Assembly (NCBI GenBank): GCA_040755995.1 | Contig: JBFMAF010000019.1 | Coordinates: forward strand, 1 to 57,997 | DNA length: 57,997 nucleotides | Source: Acidobacteriota bacterium | GTDB lineage: Bacteria > Acidobacteriota > CAIWXX01 | Reading direction: 5' to 3' | Shown: in pieces, positions 10,874 to 20,723 of the stretch | Position numbering within the stretch: position 1 is the first letter of the stretch | Layout: every line of letters begins with the position of its first letter | Made by a program: the position numbers and the translations under genes | Notes under the pieces: model-generated | The model's database searches: none | Told to the model about the DNA's origin: nothing | The model's input: the letters and a program-made list of their open reading frames with translations, nothing else

Positions 10874-12055
10874 ATGAAAGAAACCTACATCTACCTTGAC
10901 AATGCTGCGACCTCGTATCCAAAGCCGGACGAGGTGCACGACAAGATGAGCGAGTTCTATCGCGTCTACGGTGTGAACCCAGGGCGAACCGGCTGCGACC
11001 TGGCTCTCATGGCCGAGGAGATGATCCATGAGACGCGCAAGAAGCTCACTGCGCTGTTCAATCCCAGCCTGGTGAAGGCCGGTGTCGAGAAGGATCCGAA
11101 CCGCCTAGTGTTCACATCCAACGCAACCCACAGTCTCAACATCATCATCAAGGGCAAGGTCGGACCCGGAGATCACGTCGTCTCCACAATGGTCGAGCAC
11201 AACTCGGTTATTCGCCCGATCAACCATCTGGTGAAGGATGGGGCCGAGGCTACCTTCGTCAAACCGGACGGCGAGGGGTACGTCGATCCCGATGACGTGC
11301 GCAAGGCCATACGGAAGAACACCAGGCTGGTCATCGTCAACCATTGCTCGAACGTCATAGGTGTTGTCCAGGACATCAAGGCCATCGGTGCGGTATGCAA
11401 GGAGGGTGGTGTCCCGTTGGCCGTCGACGCAGCCCAGTCTGCCGGGCACGTCCCGATCGACATGGCCGAGTGCAACGTGAGTTTCCTGGCCTTCACAGGG
11501 CACAAGTGCCTGTTTGGGCCGACAGGCACAGGCGGAATCTGTGTGGAGGACGGCGCCGAAGTGACTGCGACGCTCTGGGGCGGCACGGGTGTGAAGTCCG
11601 CCTACCCGTATCACCTGGAAGAGTATCCCTACCGCCTGGAAGCCGGTACGCTGAACCTCATGGGCATAGCCGGCCTGTCCGCGGGACATGACTGGATCGT
11701 GAGCAAGGGAATAGAGAACATACACAGGGAGGAAATCGGTCTTCTTGCGGTCTTGCAGGATGGATTGCGGGAGATCCGCGGAGTGACGATCCACGGAGCG
11801 ACGAGGCTGGATCGGAGAGTGGCCGTGTGCTCAATCACCGTCAAGGGCTACGACCCGTCCGACGTCGGGACTCTGCTGGACGTCGAATACAACATCCTTA
11901 CCCGCACCGGCCTCCAGTGCGCTCCTCTCATCCACGACCACCTCGGCACATCGCCTCGGGGCACCGTGCGGTTCTCGATCGGGCCGTTCAACACCAGGGA
12001 ACACATCGATTCGACGATCAGGGCCGTCCGCGAGATCGCTTCCACTAGAAACTGA
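10874..12055 (+). CDS. Class-V PLP aminotransferase / cysteine desulfurase family protein
   Basis: Motifs YLDNAATS, EHNSV, DAAQSAG, FTGHK (PLP Lys), EAGT and RTGLQCAP. The ORF extension upstream of 10874 is repeat DNA. Confidence 0.92.
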   Translation: MKETYIYLDNAATSYPKPDEVHDKMSEFYRVYGVNPGRTGCDLALMAEEMIHETRKKLTALFNPSLVKAGVEKDPNRLVFTSNATHSLNIIIKGKVGPGDHVVSTMVEHNSVIRPINHLVKDGAEATFVKPDGEGYVDPDDVRKAIRKNTRLVIVNHCSNVIGVVQDIKAIGAVCKEGGVPLAVDAAQSAGHVPIDMAECNVSFLAFTGHKCLFGPTGTGGICVEDGAEVTATLWGGTGVKSAYPYHLEEYPYRLEAGTLNLMGIAGLSAGHDWIVSKGIENIHREEIGLLAVLQDGLREIRGVTIHGATRLDRRVAVCSITVKGYDPSDVGTLLDVEYNILTRTGLQCAPLIHDHLGTSPRGTVRFSIGPFNTREHIDSTIRAVREIASTRN

Positions 12056-12274
12056 GCAGAAGGGACAAGGCCAAAGGGGAAAGGGACAAGGGTGGGCGGC
12101 CTCCATCGCGCTGCGCGGGACCGCTGCATCGAGGAACTGTGCCGGAAGGAGGAGGGACATTGGTCCGCGTTTCGTCCCCCCAGCGGGCCCCTTCATCCCG
12201 TGCATGACCGAAGCTGACATTTCTTCACTTGACATGGACTCGAGGGAAGGCTTATATATCCTCTGAAGGTTTCT

Positions 12275-13990
12275 ATGAAGAGAGCGGTGTCGGCTGTTCA
12301 GTTGCTGGCGTTGACGCTGGCGGTCAGTGCCTGGGCACTCCCGCCCGAGGACGGGCGAGCCACGCAGCTCACCAATCGGTCCCAACCGTCGGGCACCGCG
12401 GCAGACCAGCTCTTCTTTGGTGTCGGACCGTCTGTCCGGCTCAGCCCCCTTTTCGGTTTCCGATTGTTGAACAACATGGCCAGCCTTTGGGGGACGCCGG
12501 GTGCCGGCAGCGAGCGTGTCCGTCCGGTAACTCTGATGAAGAGGGATCTGCGGCTACTGCCGGTCATGAACAGGCTCCCTGGCCTATCCACACAGGAGAC
12601 GCCGAAAGACAAGCCGCTCGACACGGATACAAAGTATCGCTGGCTGCTTCGAAGCCAGAGGCGGAATGTGCTGAGGAGTGAGCGTGGGTACGGCTTCGAG
12701 GGGAGCACGACTATCAGGATGCGCCCCGCCCGCGCGCAACGGAACAACAACATGAGGACCGAGATCTCCGTTGGCGCAAGCAGCGACGTTGAGAGCACGG
12801 GCGAGAGCTTCGGCACGGACGGCCAATTCACCGATGTGAAGGTGGCATTTCCCGTTCTCGAGAGCAGCGAGACCACGGTCCAGGGACGCGTCTCGGGTGA
12901 TTCCGGCTATTACACTTGGGCCGCCAGGGCCAACCTGGCATTACGGGAGATCGACGACCACGCGATGGACGCCGGTGTGGTCGTGGGCAGCCTTCTCTTC
13001 CAGAGCGGCGCTACGCCCGGGAGCCACCCTGATGATCAGTTCGATCAACAATTCATGGCGAGCGCCTATGCAAGAGATCGTTGGGATCTCCACCCGCGGT
13101 ACGCCGTCTCGTACGGACTGACATACCAGAGGTCGAGCTACCCCACTGGATCGAGCTTCTTCAATCCGGACGTGACGTTCGCTGCCGCCCTCGGGGCCGG
13201 TGTGAAGCTCGACAACCAGTTCGCCTACGGCGTGAACCTGCCCGGCAAGCTCTACCTCCAGAGCTCGACCGCGATCCCGGAAGGCTATCCTCTATCCCAA
13301 GGCGTTCAGCTTCAGCCGGAGAAGTTCGTGGCATACAAGGCTCGACTCGAGAAGCAGCTCACCGCGGGCCACTCGTTGGACGTCTGTTACGTGATGGAGC
13401 GGGTCGAGAAGCCCATTCTGCAGGTTCCTTACAAGGAACTCGAGCCGATCGGCGGCGTGCCAACCTACCGCTTCCTCCTCGCCAACTCCACCGACATGCG
13501 ATCGCACGGTGTACAGGTGGGCTATCGAGCGCAGCTCACGCCGGCGCTCGCCAGCATCCTCGAGTACCGCTTCGGCAGGTCGAAAGCCTTGAACCCTGCA
13601 GGCATCGCTTCCTACGAGGGCGATTTCGCAAAATATTTCGCCCGCGCGGGCGACGAGTACGTTCACACGCTCGCCGCCAACTTGACTTTCTTCGTCCCGT
13701 CGACGCGGACGAGCATCAGCGGCCTCTACCGCTGGGACAGCCTCCTGGTCTTGCGCCCCGACTACATCACCGATTCGCTGGACGATCCGACCACTGAGAT
13801 GGATATCAGCGTGCGCCAGCCGATCCCGTTCTTCACCACGGGCCTGAGCTGCTGGGAGATCCTCTTCGATCTGAGGAACCCAATTGCGTTCGACGAGGAA
13901 TCGGTGCTGGCGCTTGGTCGCGAGCGCCGCCCGGCCCTGCTGGTACCTCATCCGAGAAGAATCAGCGGGGGCCTCATGCTGAAGTTCTGA
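12275..13990 (+). CDS. Putative outer-membrane beta-barrel protein (TonB-dependent-receptor-like)
   Basis: Signal peptide, alternating amphipathic strands (AYARDRWDL, GVQVGY) and a C-terminal Phe (GGLMLKF). Confidence 0.6.
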   Translation: MKRAVSAVQLLALTLAVSAWALPPEDGRATQLTNRSQPSGTAADQLFFGVGPSVRLSPLFGFRLLNNMASLWGTPGAGSERVRPVTLMKRDLRLLPVMNRLPGLSTQETPKDKPLDTDTKYRWLLRSQRRNVLRSERGYGFEGSTTIRMRPARAQRNNNMRTEISVGASSDVESTGESFGTDGQFTDVKVAFPVLESSETTVQGRVSGDSGYYTWAARANLALREIDDHAMDAGVVVGSLLFQSGATPGSHPDDQFDQQFMASAYARDRWDLHPRYAVSYGLTYQRSSYPTGSSFFNPDVTFAAALGAGVKLDNQFAYGVNLPGKLYLQSSTAIPEGYPLSQGVQLQPEKFVAYKARLEKQLTAGHSLDVCYVMERVEKPILQVPYKELEPIGGVPTYRFLLANSTDMRSHGVQVGYRAQLTPALASILEYRFGRSKALNPAGIASYEGDFAKYFARAGDEYVHTLAANLTFFVPSTRTSISGLYRWDSLLVLRPDYITDSLDDPTTEMDISVRQPIPFFTTGLSCWEILFDLRNPIAFDEESVLALGRERRPALLVPHPRRISGGLMLKF

Positions 13991-14019
13991 GCGAGGCGCG
14001 GCCTCGGACCGACTCTCGC

Positions 14020-14085
14020 CTCTCCCCTTTCCCCTATCCCGCTTCCCCTTTCCCCTTTCCGCTTTCCCCTTTGCCCTCTTCCCTC
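14020..14085. repeat. Heptamer tandem repeat (CCCCTTT-like)
   Basis: cccctttcccctatcccgcttcccctttcccctttccgctttcccctt. Confidence 0.7.
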
Positions 14086-14257
14086 TCGTTCGACCACATC
14101 GTCATGAGCTGGCCCGCAGTCATCCAAGCTGTTGGATTGGAATCCATGAAATTGGAGACGCCGGGCATCTCATTGATTTTTTTTACAGGTGTAGAATACC
14201 GGGATAGAGTTTTCTATAATTTGGGCGTATGGAACGTTCGCTGGGTGTTGAGCTCAC

Positions 14258-14273
14258 GGGCACACATCTTGCA
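14258..14273 (+). promoter_or_regulatory. Possible sigma-54 promoter (GGGCACAcatcTTGCA)
   Basis: GG-N10-GC spacing, about 25 nt upstream of the kinase start. Confidence 0.45.
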
Positions 14274-14297
14274 TTGCCATAGGGGGGACGTATCTTG

Positions 14298-17228
14298 ATG
14301 TTGCACGCCCAGACGCCTGGTCAGCGCCTGATTACCGCTGTGCTGATGCTGTTTGCCGTGGCGGTGATGGTCATGGGCGCTGTCAACGTCGCCAGGAAGA
14401 CCAAGTTCAAGCCGCCGTATGACGGCGCGGAGTGGGAGTACATGGCTCCGGAGGCCGGTGGTTTGCGGCAGCTCAGATGCGTCTGGCTGGACCCCAAAGG
14501 TCCGGCGTACAAGGCAGGGATTGCGCGAGGCGACGTTCTGCTGTCGATCAACGGTGAGAACCCGCGGACTGGTATCGAGGTCACCAAGTGGATCTGGGAA
14601 GCGGGGATCGGCGCCCGCGCCGACTACCAGGTCAGGCGCGGTGGCGAGGTGCACTCGCTCGCGCTGGTCTTCGAGCCGCGGCCGCGCGAGGGCTTCTACT
14701 ACTATCTGGCCTTCGTTGGGTGCTTCTCGATAGGCGTCGGGCTGATCCTTCTGACCCGCCGATCCGGCAAGCCGTTCACCGTCCACTTCTTCCTGCTCAC
14801 GCTGGCGATGTTCTCGCTCAATATCTTCTCGTTCACGGGCGAGTTTAACTGGTGGGACCACGTCTTCTACTGGGCCGACAGGCTCGCGTTCTGGCTCTTC
14901 CCCCCGGTCTTGCTGCATTTCTTCATCAGCTTCCCGAAGAAGAAGCCTCTCTTCCGCTTGAGGCCGGGGCTCGTTCCGGGTCTCTACGCTCCCGCGATCG
15001 CTTTCGCGTCGGGCGAGATCCTGATGCACGTGCTCTTCTACCGCGGTGTATTCTCCGAGGCGGCGCAGCTGCGCGTTCTGAACGCGCTGGACACCCTTGC
15101 GCTGGTGAACATGGGCGCTACGCTCCTGGCGGCCATTGGCGCGCTGGTGCACTCCTGGATTTATACTACTAACGTAGTATTCAAGAAGCAGCTCCGTTGG
15201 ATCACCCTCGGCATCGGCGCCGGCTATCTTCCTTTCGTCTTCTTCTACGTCATTCCTTATGCGCTGGGCTACAAGCATTCGCCTCTGCTCGAGAGCACCG
15301 TGCTCTTCCAGATCTTCGTGCCGCTGACCTTCGCCTACGCCATCACGCGCTACCGGCTGATGGATGTGGAGGTGATTTTCAAGCGCGGGTTGACTTTTGG
15401 GATTTCCTCGCTTCTGGTATTCCTTCTCTACCTGACGATAGCGCGGAGCACCGGGGAGTTCTTCCTGCAGGACAGCCGCGCGCGCGCCGTGCTCGCGTTC
15501 TTGGCGATACTGCTCGGCGCCACCGTCTTCGCGCCGCTCTACCGGGCCGTCCAGTCCTTTCTGGATCGGCTGTTCTACCGCACGAGCTACGACTATCGCC
15601 GGACGCTTCTGCAGTTCAGCAAGCGCATCAGCGCCGAGCGGGACCTGGGCGGGCTGATCCGCACGATGACCGACCTGATCTCCAAGGCGCTCTCGATAGA
15701 TCACGTCGCTCTGCTCCTTCCGAACGACCCTGCCTGCGAAACATTCCAGGTGCATCTGAAACGCGGCGAGCAGGTCTATCCGATCGGGTCCAAGCCGTTC
15801 ATGGATCCGACCGTCGTCACCAGGCTGAAGCAGCACTCGGTGCTGACCCACACGCTCAACGTGCAGGAGACCAGCGGAACGTTTTCGATAAAGAACCCGC
15901 CGATCGAGGATCTCAACTTCCCGCAGTATCTTGCGCTGAAGGCCGAAGACCGGCTCATCGGGATCCTCGCGCTCGACCGCAAGTCCAGCGGCGAGCTGTT
16001 GAACAGCGAAGACTGGGAGCTGCTGCAGACGCTCGCCGCGCCCGCCGCCCTCGCGCTCGAGAACGCCGCTCTCTACCGCCAGTCGCAGGAGCGCGCCGAT
16101 CAGTATCGGATGCTGAAGGAGTACAGCGAGAACATAATCGAGAGCCTGAACGTGGGCGTGATGGTGACCGATCTGAACACGCAGGTGATCGGGTGGAACA
16201 AGTCCATGGAGGACCTGCTGCAGAAGCAGAAACAGGATGTGACGGGAAGGGCGGCGCGCGAGGTAATTCCGGAGCAGCTCTTGCCGAACATCATGTTCTT
16301 CACCAAGAACACGCCGTCCTCGCTGGATCTCAAGAACTCCAAGCGCGTCACGCTCGACCTGGCAGGCGAACGGAAGATCCTGCAGGTGAGCTCCACACCG
16401 CTGCTCGACCCGCAGATCCAGCCCTACGGCACGGTCACTATCCTCGAAGATGTGAGCGATGTGGTGCGACTGGAGGAACAGCTGGCGACGACCGACAAGC
16501 TGGCATCGATCGGAGTTCTGGCAGCCGGCGTGGCTCATGAGTTGAACACGCCGCTCACGGGTATCAGCAGCTATGCCCAGATGCTGAAGCAGGACGCCGA
16601 GGCCAATGGCGCATCTCAGCAGATCCTCGAGAAGATCGAGAAGCAGACTGGGCGGGCATCGCGCATCATCCAGAGTCTGCTCAACTTCGCCCGCGAGGGC
16701 GATGTGCCGGTGCTCGAGGAGGTCAACGTCAACGACGTGATCCTCGACGCCGTCTCGCTCGTCGAACACCGGCTGAACCGGAGCCGCATCCAGCTCCATC
16801 GCGAGTTGGGGACGCTCGCGCCGGTTCAGGCCGATGCAAGCAAGCTCCAACAGGTCTTCCTCAACCTCTTCGTCAACGCGGCAGACGCCATGCCTCAAGG
16901 CGGCAAGCTGCGCGTCTGCACGCGGCAGCTCGAGGATGGCGTCGAGATCACGGTGCAGGACTCCGGCGAAGGCATCAAGGAAGAAGACCTCGCGCGGATC
17001 TACGACCCGTTCTTTACGACGAAACGCGACAGGAAGGGCACGGGGCTCGGTCTGGCGGTGAGCTACGGGATCATCAGGCAGCACGGCGGCGCAATCTCGG
17101 TCGACAGCCAGCCGGGAAAAGGGACGGCATTCACGATCCTGATGCCGAAGCATGCCACCTCGGAGACGCTCCGGCGCATCTACGAGGGCACAGCCGAGCC
17201 CGTTGCGAACAGGCCCCGCAAGCCCTGA
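14298..17228 (+). CDS. Membrane sensor histidine kinase (PDZ, multi-TM, GAF, PAS, HisKA, HATPase)
   Basis: PDZ (GPAYKAGIARGDVLLSING), many TMs, H-box AHELNTPL, N-box NLFVNA, DSGEGI, PFFTTK, GTGLGL. Confidence 0.93.
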   Translation: MLHAQTPGQRLITAVLMLFAVAVMVMGAVNVARKTKFKPPYDGAEWEYMAPEAGGLRQLRCVWLDPKGPAYKAGIARGDVLLSINGENPRTGIEVTKWIWEAGIGARADYQVRRGGEVHSLALVFEPRPREGFYYYLAFVGCFSIGVGLILLTRRSGKPFTVHFFLLTLAMFSLNIFSFTGEFNWWDHVFYWADRLAFWLFPPVLLHFFISFPKKKPLFRLRPGLVPGLYAPAIAFASGEILMHVLFYRGVFSEAAQLRVLNALDTLALVNMGATLLAAIGALVHSWIYTTNVVFKKQLRWITLGIGAGYLPFVFFYVIPYALGYKHSPLLESTVLFQIFVPLTFAYAITRYRLMDVEVIFKRGLTFGISSLLVFLLYLTIARSTGEFFLQDSRARAVLAFLAILLGATVFAPLYRAVQSFLDRLFYRTSYDYRRTLLQFSKRISAERDLGGLIRTMTDLISKALSIDHVALLLPNDPACETFQVHLKRGEQVYPIGSKPFMDPTVVTRLKQHSVLTHTLNVQETSGTFSIKNPPIEDLNFPQYLALKAEDRLIGILALDRKSSGELLNSEDWELLQTLAAPAALALENAALYRQSQERADQYRMLKEYSENIIESLNVGVMVTDLNTQVIGWNKSMEDLLQKQKQDVTGRAAREVIPEQLLPNIMFFTKNTPSSLDLKNSKRVTLDLAGERKILQVSSTPLLDPQIQPYGTVTILEDVSDVVRLEEQLATTDKLASIGVLAAGVAHELNTPLTGISSYAQMLKQDAEANGASQQILEKIEKQTGRASRIIQSLLNFAREGDVPVLEEVNVNDVILDAVSLVEHRLNRSRIQLHRELGTLAPVQADASKLQQVFLNLFVNAADAMPQGGKLRVCTRQLEDGVEITVQDSGEGIKEEDLARIYDPFFTTKRDRKGTGLGLAVSYGIIRQHGGAISVDSQPGKGTAFTILMPKHATSETLRRIYEGTAEPVANRPRKP

Positions 17229-17378
17229 GGAGCCGTAGATGCAGCCCGTGGGACTCGGTCCACCGGTCGTCGCACGGCGGCGTGTGAAAGAGACGCGATA
17301 TCGCGCTGCCGCGCGCGGGGGACGGATGCCCGCACGGGGCACTGACCACTGAGCACCTGGCACCTCTTAGGAGAGCCC

Positions 17379-18755
17379 GTGTCACGAGGCGCGGTCCTGG
17401 TCATAGACGATGAGGAGGTCATCCAGGACATCCTCAAGAGCCTGCTGACCAAGGAAGGCTACGAGGCCGACATCTTCCCGGACGGCGAGGCCGCTCTGGC
17501 GCAGTTCCGGCAAAGGAGCTATGACGCGGTCATCTGCGATTTGATGCTGCCCGGAATCGACGGGCTGAAGGTGCTGGAGGAGCTCAGGCGGATCGATCCC
17601 GACTGCCCGTCGGTGATGATCACGGCGTACGCCACGATAGAGACCGCGATCCAGGCGATGAAGATCGGCGCCTACGACTACGTGACGAAGCCGTTCAAGA
17701 ACGACGAGCTGCTGATGCTTCTGGACAAGTGCATCACGCAGAAGCGGGTGATGGAGGAGAACAGGGCGCTGAAGCGCGCGCTGGCCGAGCGGTATGCGTT
17801 CGCGGACATCGTCGGGAATCACGCCAGCATGCGGCGGATTTTCGATCTGATCGAGCAGGTGGCGCCCAGCCGAAGCACGGTTTTGGTGGAGGGCGAGAGC
17901 GGGACGGGCAAGGAGCTGGTGGCGCGCGCGATTCATCATCACTCGCAGCGCGCCTCATTCCCGTTCGTCACCGTAAACAGCGGCTCGCTGCCATCGGATC
18001 TGCTCGAGAGCAATCTCTTCGGGCATCTGCGGGGATCCTTTACCGGTGCGGTGGCAAACAAGAAAGGCCTGTTCGAGGTTGCCGACCGCGGGAGCATCTT
18101 CTTCGACGAGATCTCGAACATCTCGCTGGAAACGCAGGCCAAGCTTCTGAGGGTGATACAGGAGCGCGAGTTCATGCGGCTCGGCGGTGTCGAGACCATC
18201 AAGGTGGACGTCCGTATCATCGCCGCCACCAACGTCGATCTCAAACGGGTCGTGGATGCCGGGCGCTTCCGCGAGGACCTCTACTACAGGCTGAACGTCA
18301 TCAAGATCGATATGCCTCCGCTGCGCGACCGCGCCGAGGACATCCCGCTGCTTGCCCAGCACTTCATGGAAAAATACTGTCGCGAGAATGAGAAGCCGAT
18401 CATGGAGCTCTCCGAGTCGGCTCTGCAGCTGCTCCTGGACTACGACTGGCCCGGCAACGTGCGCGAGCTGGAGAACGTGATCGAGCGCGCGGTGGTGCTC
18501 AGCCGCGGCGAGTACATCGACGAGTCGCTCTTCCCCGACTCATTGCAGCCGGTGCAGCGCAACGGAGTGTTCACACCCTCCGAGGACCTCCCGTTCCGCG
18601 ACAGAGTCCTGGACTACGAGAAGAACCTGATATTGGACGCGCTCGCGAAGGCCGGTGGAGTTCAGAAGAAAGCGGCCCAGCTCCTCAAGATCAAGCCCAC
18701 GACGCTAAACGAGATGATCAAGCGCTTCGGGATAGAGCTTCGCCGCGAAAGCTGA
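17379..18755 (+). CDS. Sigma-54-dependent response regulator (NtrC family)
   Basis: REC domain (IDDE, DLMLP, KPF), GESGTGKE, GSFTGA, FFDEI, WPGNVREL and a Fis HTH. Confidence 0.95.
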   Translation: MSRGAVLVIDDEEVIQDILKSLLTKEGYEADIFPDGEAALAQFRQRSYDAVICDLMLPGIDGLKVLEELRRIDPDCPSVMITAYATIETAIQAMKIGAYDYVTKPFKNDELLMLLDKCITQKRVMEENRALKRALAERYAFADIVGNHASMRRIFDLIEQVAPSRSTVLVEGESGTGKELVARAIHHHSQRASFPFVTVNSGSLPSDLLESNLFGHLRGSFTGAVANKKGLFEVADRGSIFFDEISNISLETQAKLLRVIQEREFMRLGGVETIKVDVRIIAATNVDLKRVVDAGRFREDLYYRLNVIKIDMPPLRDRAEDIPLLAQHFMEKYCRENEKPIMELSESALQLLLDYDWPGNVRELENVIERAVVLSRGEYIDESLFPDSLQPVQRNGVFTPSEDLPFRDRVLDYEKNLILDALAKAGGVQKKAAQLLKIKPTTLNEMIKRFGIELRRES

Positions 18756-19637
18756 CTACACAAACCTCATCGCGCGAAGTCGGCGCACTCGATTCTCAAC
18801 AGGCGGGTGAGTCGAGAACACGTTGAGCAGCGAGCGGCCTGAGAAGTTGTTGACGATGTAGAGGTGGTTCATCGCCGGCGCGGGCTGAGGCATCGCGCCT
18901 GCCTGAGCGATGCTCTGCATGAGGCGCGGGTCGGAGATCTTCTCGAGCGCGGAGGCTAGTGATTCCGGGTCGGTCGACATAGCGGCTCCCGACGCGTCCG
19001 CCTGGTACTCGCGCGTGCGCGAGATCCACATCTGGATGAACATGGCAGCGAGGGGGGCAAGGAAGATGGTCAAGAGGAACACGATCGGATTCGCACCGCC
19101 GCGATCTTCGTCATCGCTGCGACCGGCGCCGAGGAATGCGCCCCAGCGCGCGATGCTGGCGATCCACATGATTGCCGACGCCATGCCCGCAACGATAGTC
19201 GAGATCAGCGTGTCCCTGTTCCTGACATGGCTCAGCTCGTGCGCCAGCACACCGCGTAGCTCACGCGGGCTCAACAGTCGCACTATGCCCTCGGTCACCG
19301 CCACCGCCGCGTGCGCGGGATCGCGCCCCGTCGCGAAGGCGTTCGGCACCACCTCGGGGATCAGGTAGACGCTGGGCATCGGGAGCCCGGCGCGCATGGA
19401 CAGGTCCTGCACGATCTCGAAGACGCCCGACGGATCGCGCGGGCCGATAGGCCGCGCGCTGTGCATCCTCAAGACGATCTTGTCCGAGAACCAGTACATG
19501 CCGAGGTTCATCGCGAGCGACAGGACGAGCGCGATCACGGCGCCGCCTCTCCCACCGGCCATATTCCCCACAAATATGAAAATCCCCGTGAGCACGAGCA
19601 CGAGAAAGACAGTCTTGACGGTGTTCTGACTCGTCAT
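18756..19637 (-). CDS. htpX: Zinc metalloprotease HtpX (M48)
   Basis: Motifs PNAFATGR, HELSH, SRTREYQAD and STHPP; RBS GAGGAGG upstream. Confidence 0.95.
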   Translation of the reverse strand: MTSQNTVKTVFLVLVLTGIFIFVGNMAGGRGGAVIALVLSLAMNLGMYWFSDKIVLRMHSARPIGPRDPSGVFEIVQDLSMRAGLPMPSVYLIPEVVPNAFATGRDPAHAAVAVTEGIVRLLSPRELRGVLAHELSHVRNRDTLISTIVAGMASAIMWIASIARWGAFLGAGRSDDEDRGGANPIVFLLTIFLAPLAAMFIQMWISRTREYQADASGAAMSTDPESLASALEKISDPRLMQSIAQAGAMPQPAPAMNHLYIVNNFSGRSLLNVFSTHPPVENRVRRLRAMRFV

Positions 19638-19738
19638 CAATACCTCCTCAACGACTCCAATTATAGCAATCCCGCCGCCGGCTGCTCGCCGGCGAATGCC
19701 GGATGCTCGCCCAGGCTGCTACGGCACCAGGCGGCAGA

Positions 19739-19813
19739 TGGTGGGCGATAGAGGATTCGAACCTCTGACTTCTACCGTGTGAAAGTAGCACTCTACCACT
19801 GAGTTAATCGCCC
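19739..19813 (-). tRNA. tRNA-Val(CAC)
   Basis: GGGCGATTAACTCAGTGGTAGAGTGCTACTTTCACACGGTAGAAGTCAGAGGTTCGAATCCTCTATCGCCCACCA folds as a cloverleaf with anticodon CAC and encoded CCA. Confidence 0.97.
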
Positions 19814-19827
19814 TCCGCACCTTTCTT

Positions 19828-19856
19828 ACTCTAGACGAAAGGCCGGCTGTTTGCAA
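19828..19856 (-). promoter_or_regulatory. Sigma-70 promoter of tRNA-Val (TTGCAA-17-TAGAGT)
   Basis: Spacing and position directly upstream of the tRNA. Confidence 0.6.
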
Positions 19857-19902
19857 TGTTCGGATTGTGGGTTTGCGGGTGGGTGCATCCGCGCAACGCT
19901 CT

Positions 19903-19931
19903 TTGACACGGAGAGTGTGCGCACCTACTAT
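19903..19931 (+). promoter_or_regulatory. Sigma-70 promoter of the antitoxin (TTGACA-17-TACTAT) with overlapping GCAC/GTGC inverted repeats
   Basis: Consensus -35 and 17-bp spacer; the palindromes are typical of an autorepression operator. Confidence 0.65.
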
Positions 19932-19951
19932 GTGCTGGAAAGGGAACATGT

Positions 19952-20176
19952 ATGAGCAATGTCACCCTGTCTCTGGATCCTGACCTGGTGCGCAAGTGCA
20001 GGCAGTACGCCGGGAGTCATCGTACGACCCTGAATGCGATGATCCGCAGGCTGTTGCGACAAGCGGTGGAGAACGAGAACACGCTGTGGCTCGACGAATA
20101 TGTCGCGCTGGCGGACAGCAGCGGAGGGGACTCGCGCGGTCGAAGCTGGAAGCGGGAAGACCTGTATGACGCGTAA
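19952..20176 (+). CDS. Ribbon-helix-helix antitoxin (DUF6364/VapB-like)
   Basis: N-terminal NVTLSLD..L...R.YA....TTLNAMIR and C-terminal WKREDLYD. Confidence 0.8.
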   Translation: MSNVTLSLDPDLVRKCRQYAGSHRTTLNAMIRRLLRQAVENENTLWLDEYVALADSSGGDSRGRSWKREDLYDA

Positions 20177-20276
20177 GGGAAAGGTCTTCCTCGAAACCAA
20201 TGCGCTAGTCTACACGCCAGACGGGCACCGTTCGCCAATGCGCCGCGTTGGGGCGTTGGGTGCGATTGATGCGTGA
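20166..20276 (+). pseudogene. Truncated PIN-domain (VapC-like) toxin remnant
   Basis: MTRKGKVFLETNALVY resembles the PIN N-terminus FxDTNxLVY. It overlaps the antitoxin stop and ends after 36 aa. Confidence 0.7.
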
Positions 20277-20323
20277 TCCCGTGTGCCGCGTTGGGCGCCG
20301 TGGCCAGGCCGCTGGCCGCCTTT

Positions 20324-20701
20324 CTAGAGCGAGCTGCCCACCAGGATCAGAATGGCCGCCACTGTTTTCACAGCGGGGCAGATACGCATCGGCAGGATTG
20401 CCGCCCTTGCTCCGGTGAACAGGCTCAGGGCCGCAAGCACGAGTAACATGACGGCACAGGCGCGGTACACGACCAGTCCAACCTGATTCCCGGTCCCACC
20501 GGATACAGTCAGCAGGCCCACCAGGGATCCGACGAAGCACAGCGTAAGGCCCTCGGCGATCCACTCCATCTGCAGGATGCGCCTGTTATCAGCCGACAAG
20601 GCTCCGAACCCCGTGATGACCGAACGTGTCGGAACGATGTGCGCTATCCCCCACAGAGTGATGATGGCGGCTGAGGCGTATAGCAACAGTTCACCGGTCA
20701 T
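20324..20701 (-). CDS. Hypothetical 4-TM membrane protein
   Basis: Four hydrophobic helices; ATG after GGAGG. Confidence 0.75.
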   Translation of the reverse strand: MTGELLLYASAAIITLWGIAHIVPTRSVITGFGALSADNRRILQMEWIAEGLTLCFVGSLVGLLTVSGGTGNQVGLVVYRACAVMLLVLAALSLFTGARAAILPMRICPAVKTVAAILILVGSSL

Positions 20702-20723
20702 GGAGCACCTCCCAGTGTGAGCG

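Noticed and set aside
14214..17363. 1049-aa antisense ORF, and similar long shadow ORFs (788-2287, 6158-7768, 8057-9424, 32512-34011, 55140-56438)
   Set aside because: They lie opposite well-supported genes and have no recognisable motifs; long shadow ORFs are expected in high-GC DNA.
19739..19813. tRNA-Val as an integration site for an island
   Set aside because: No integrase and no duplicated tRNA 3' end were seen, and htpX directly follows the 3' end.
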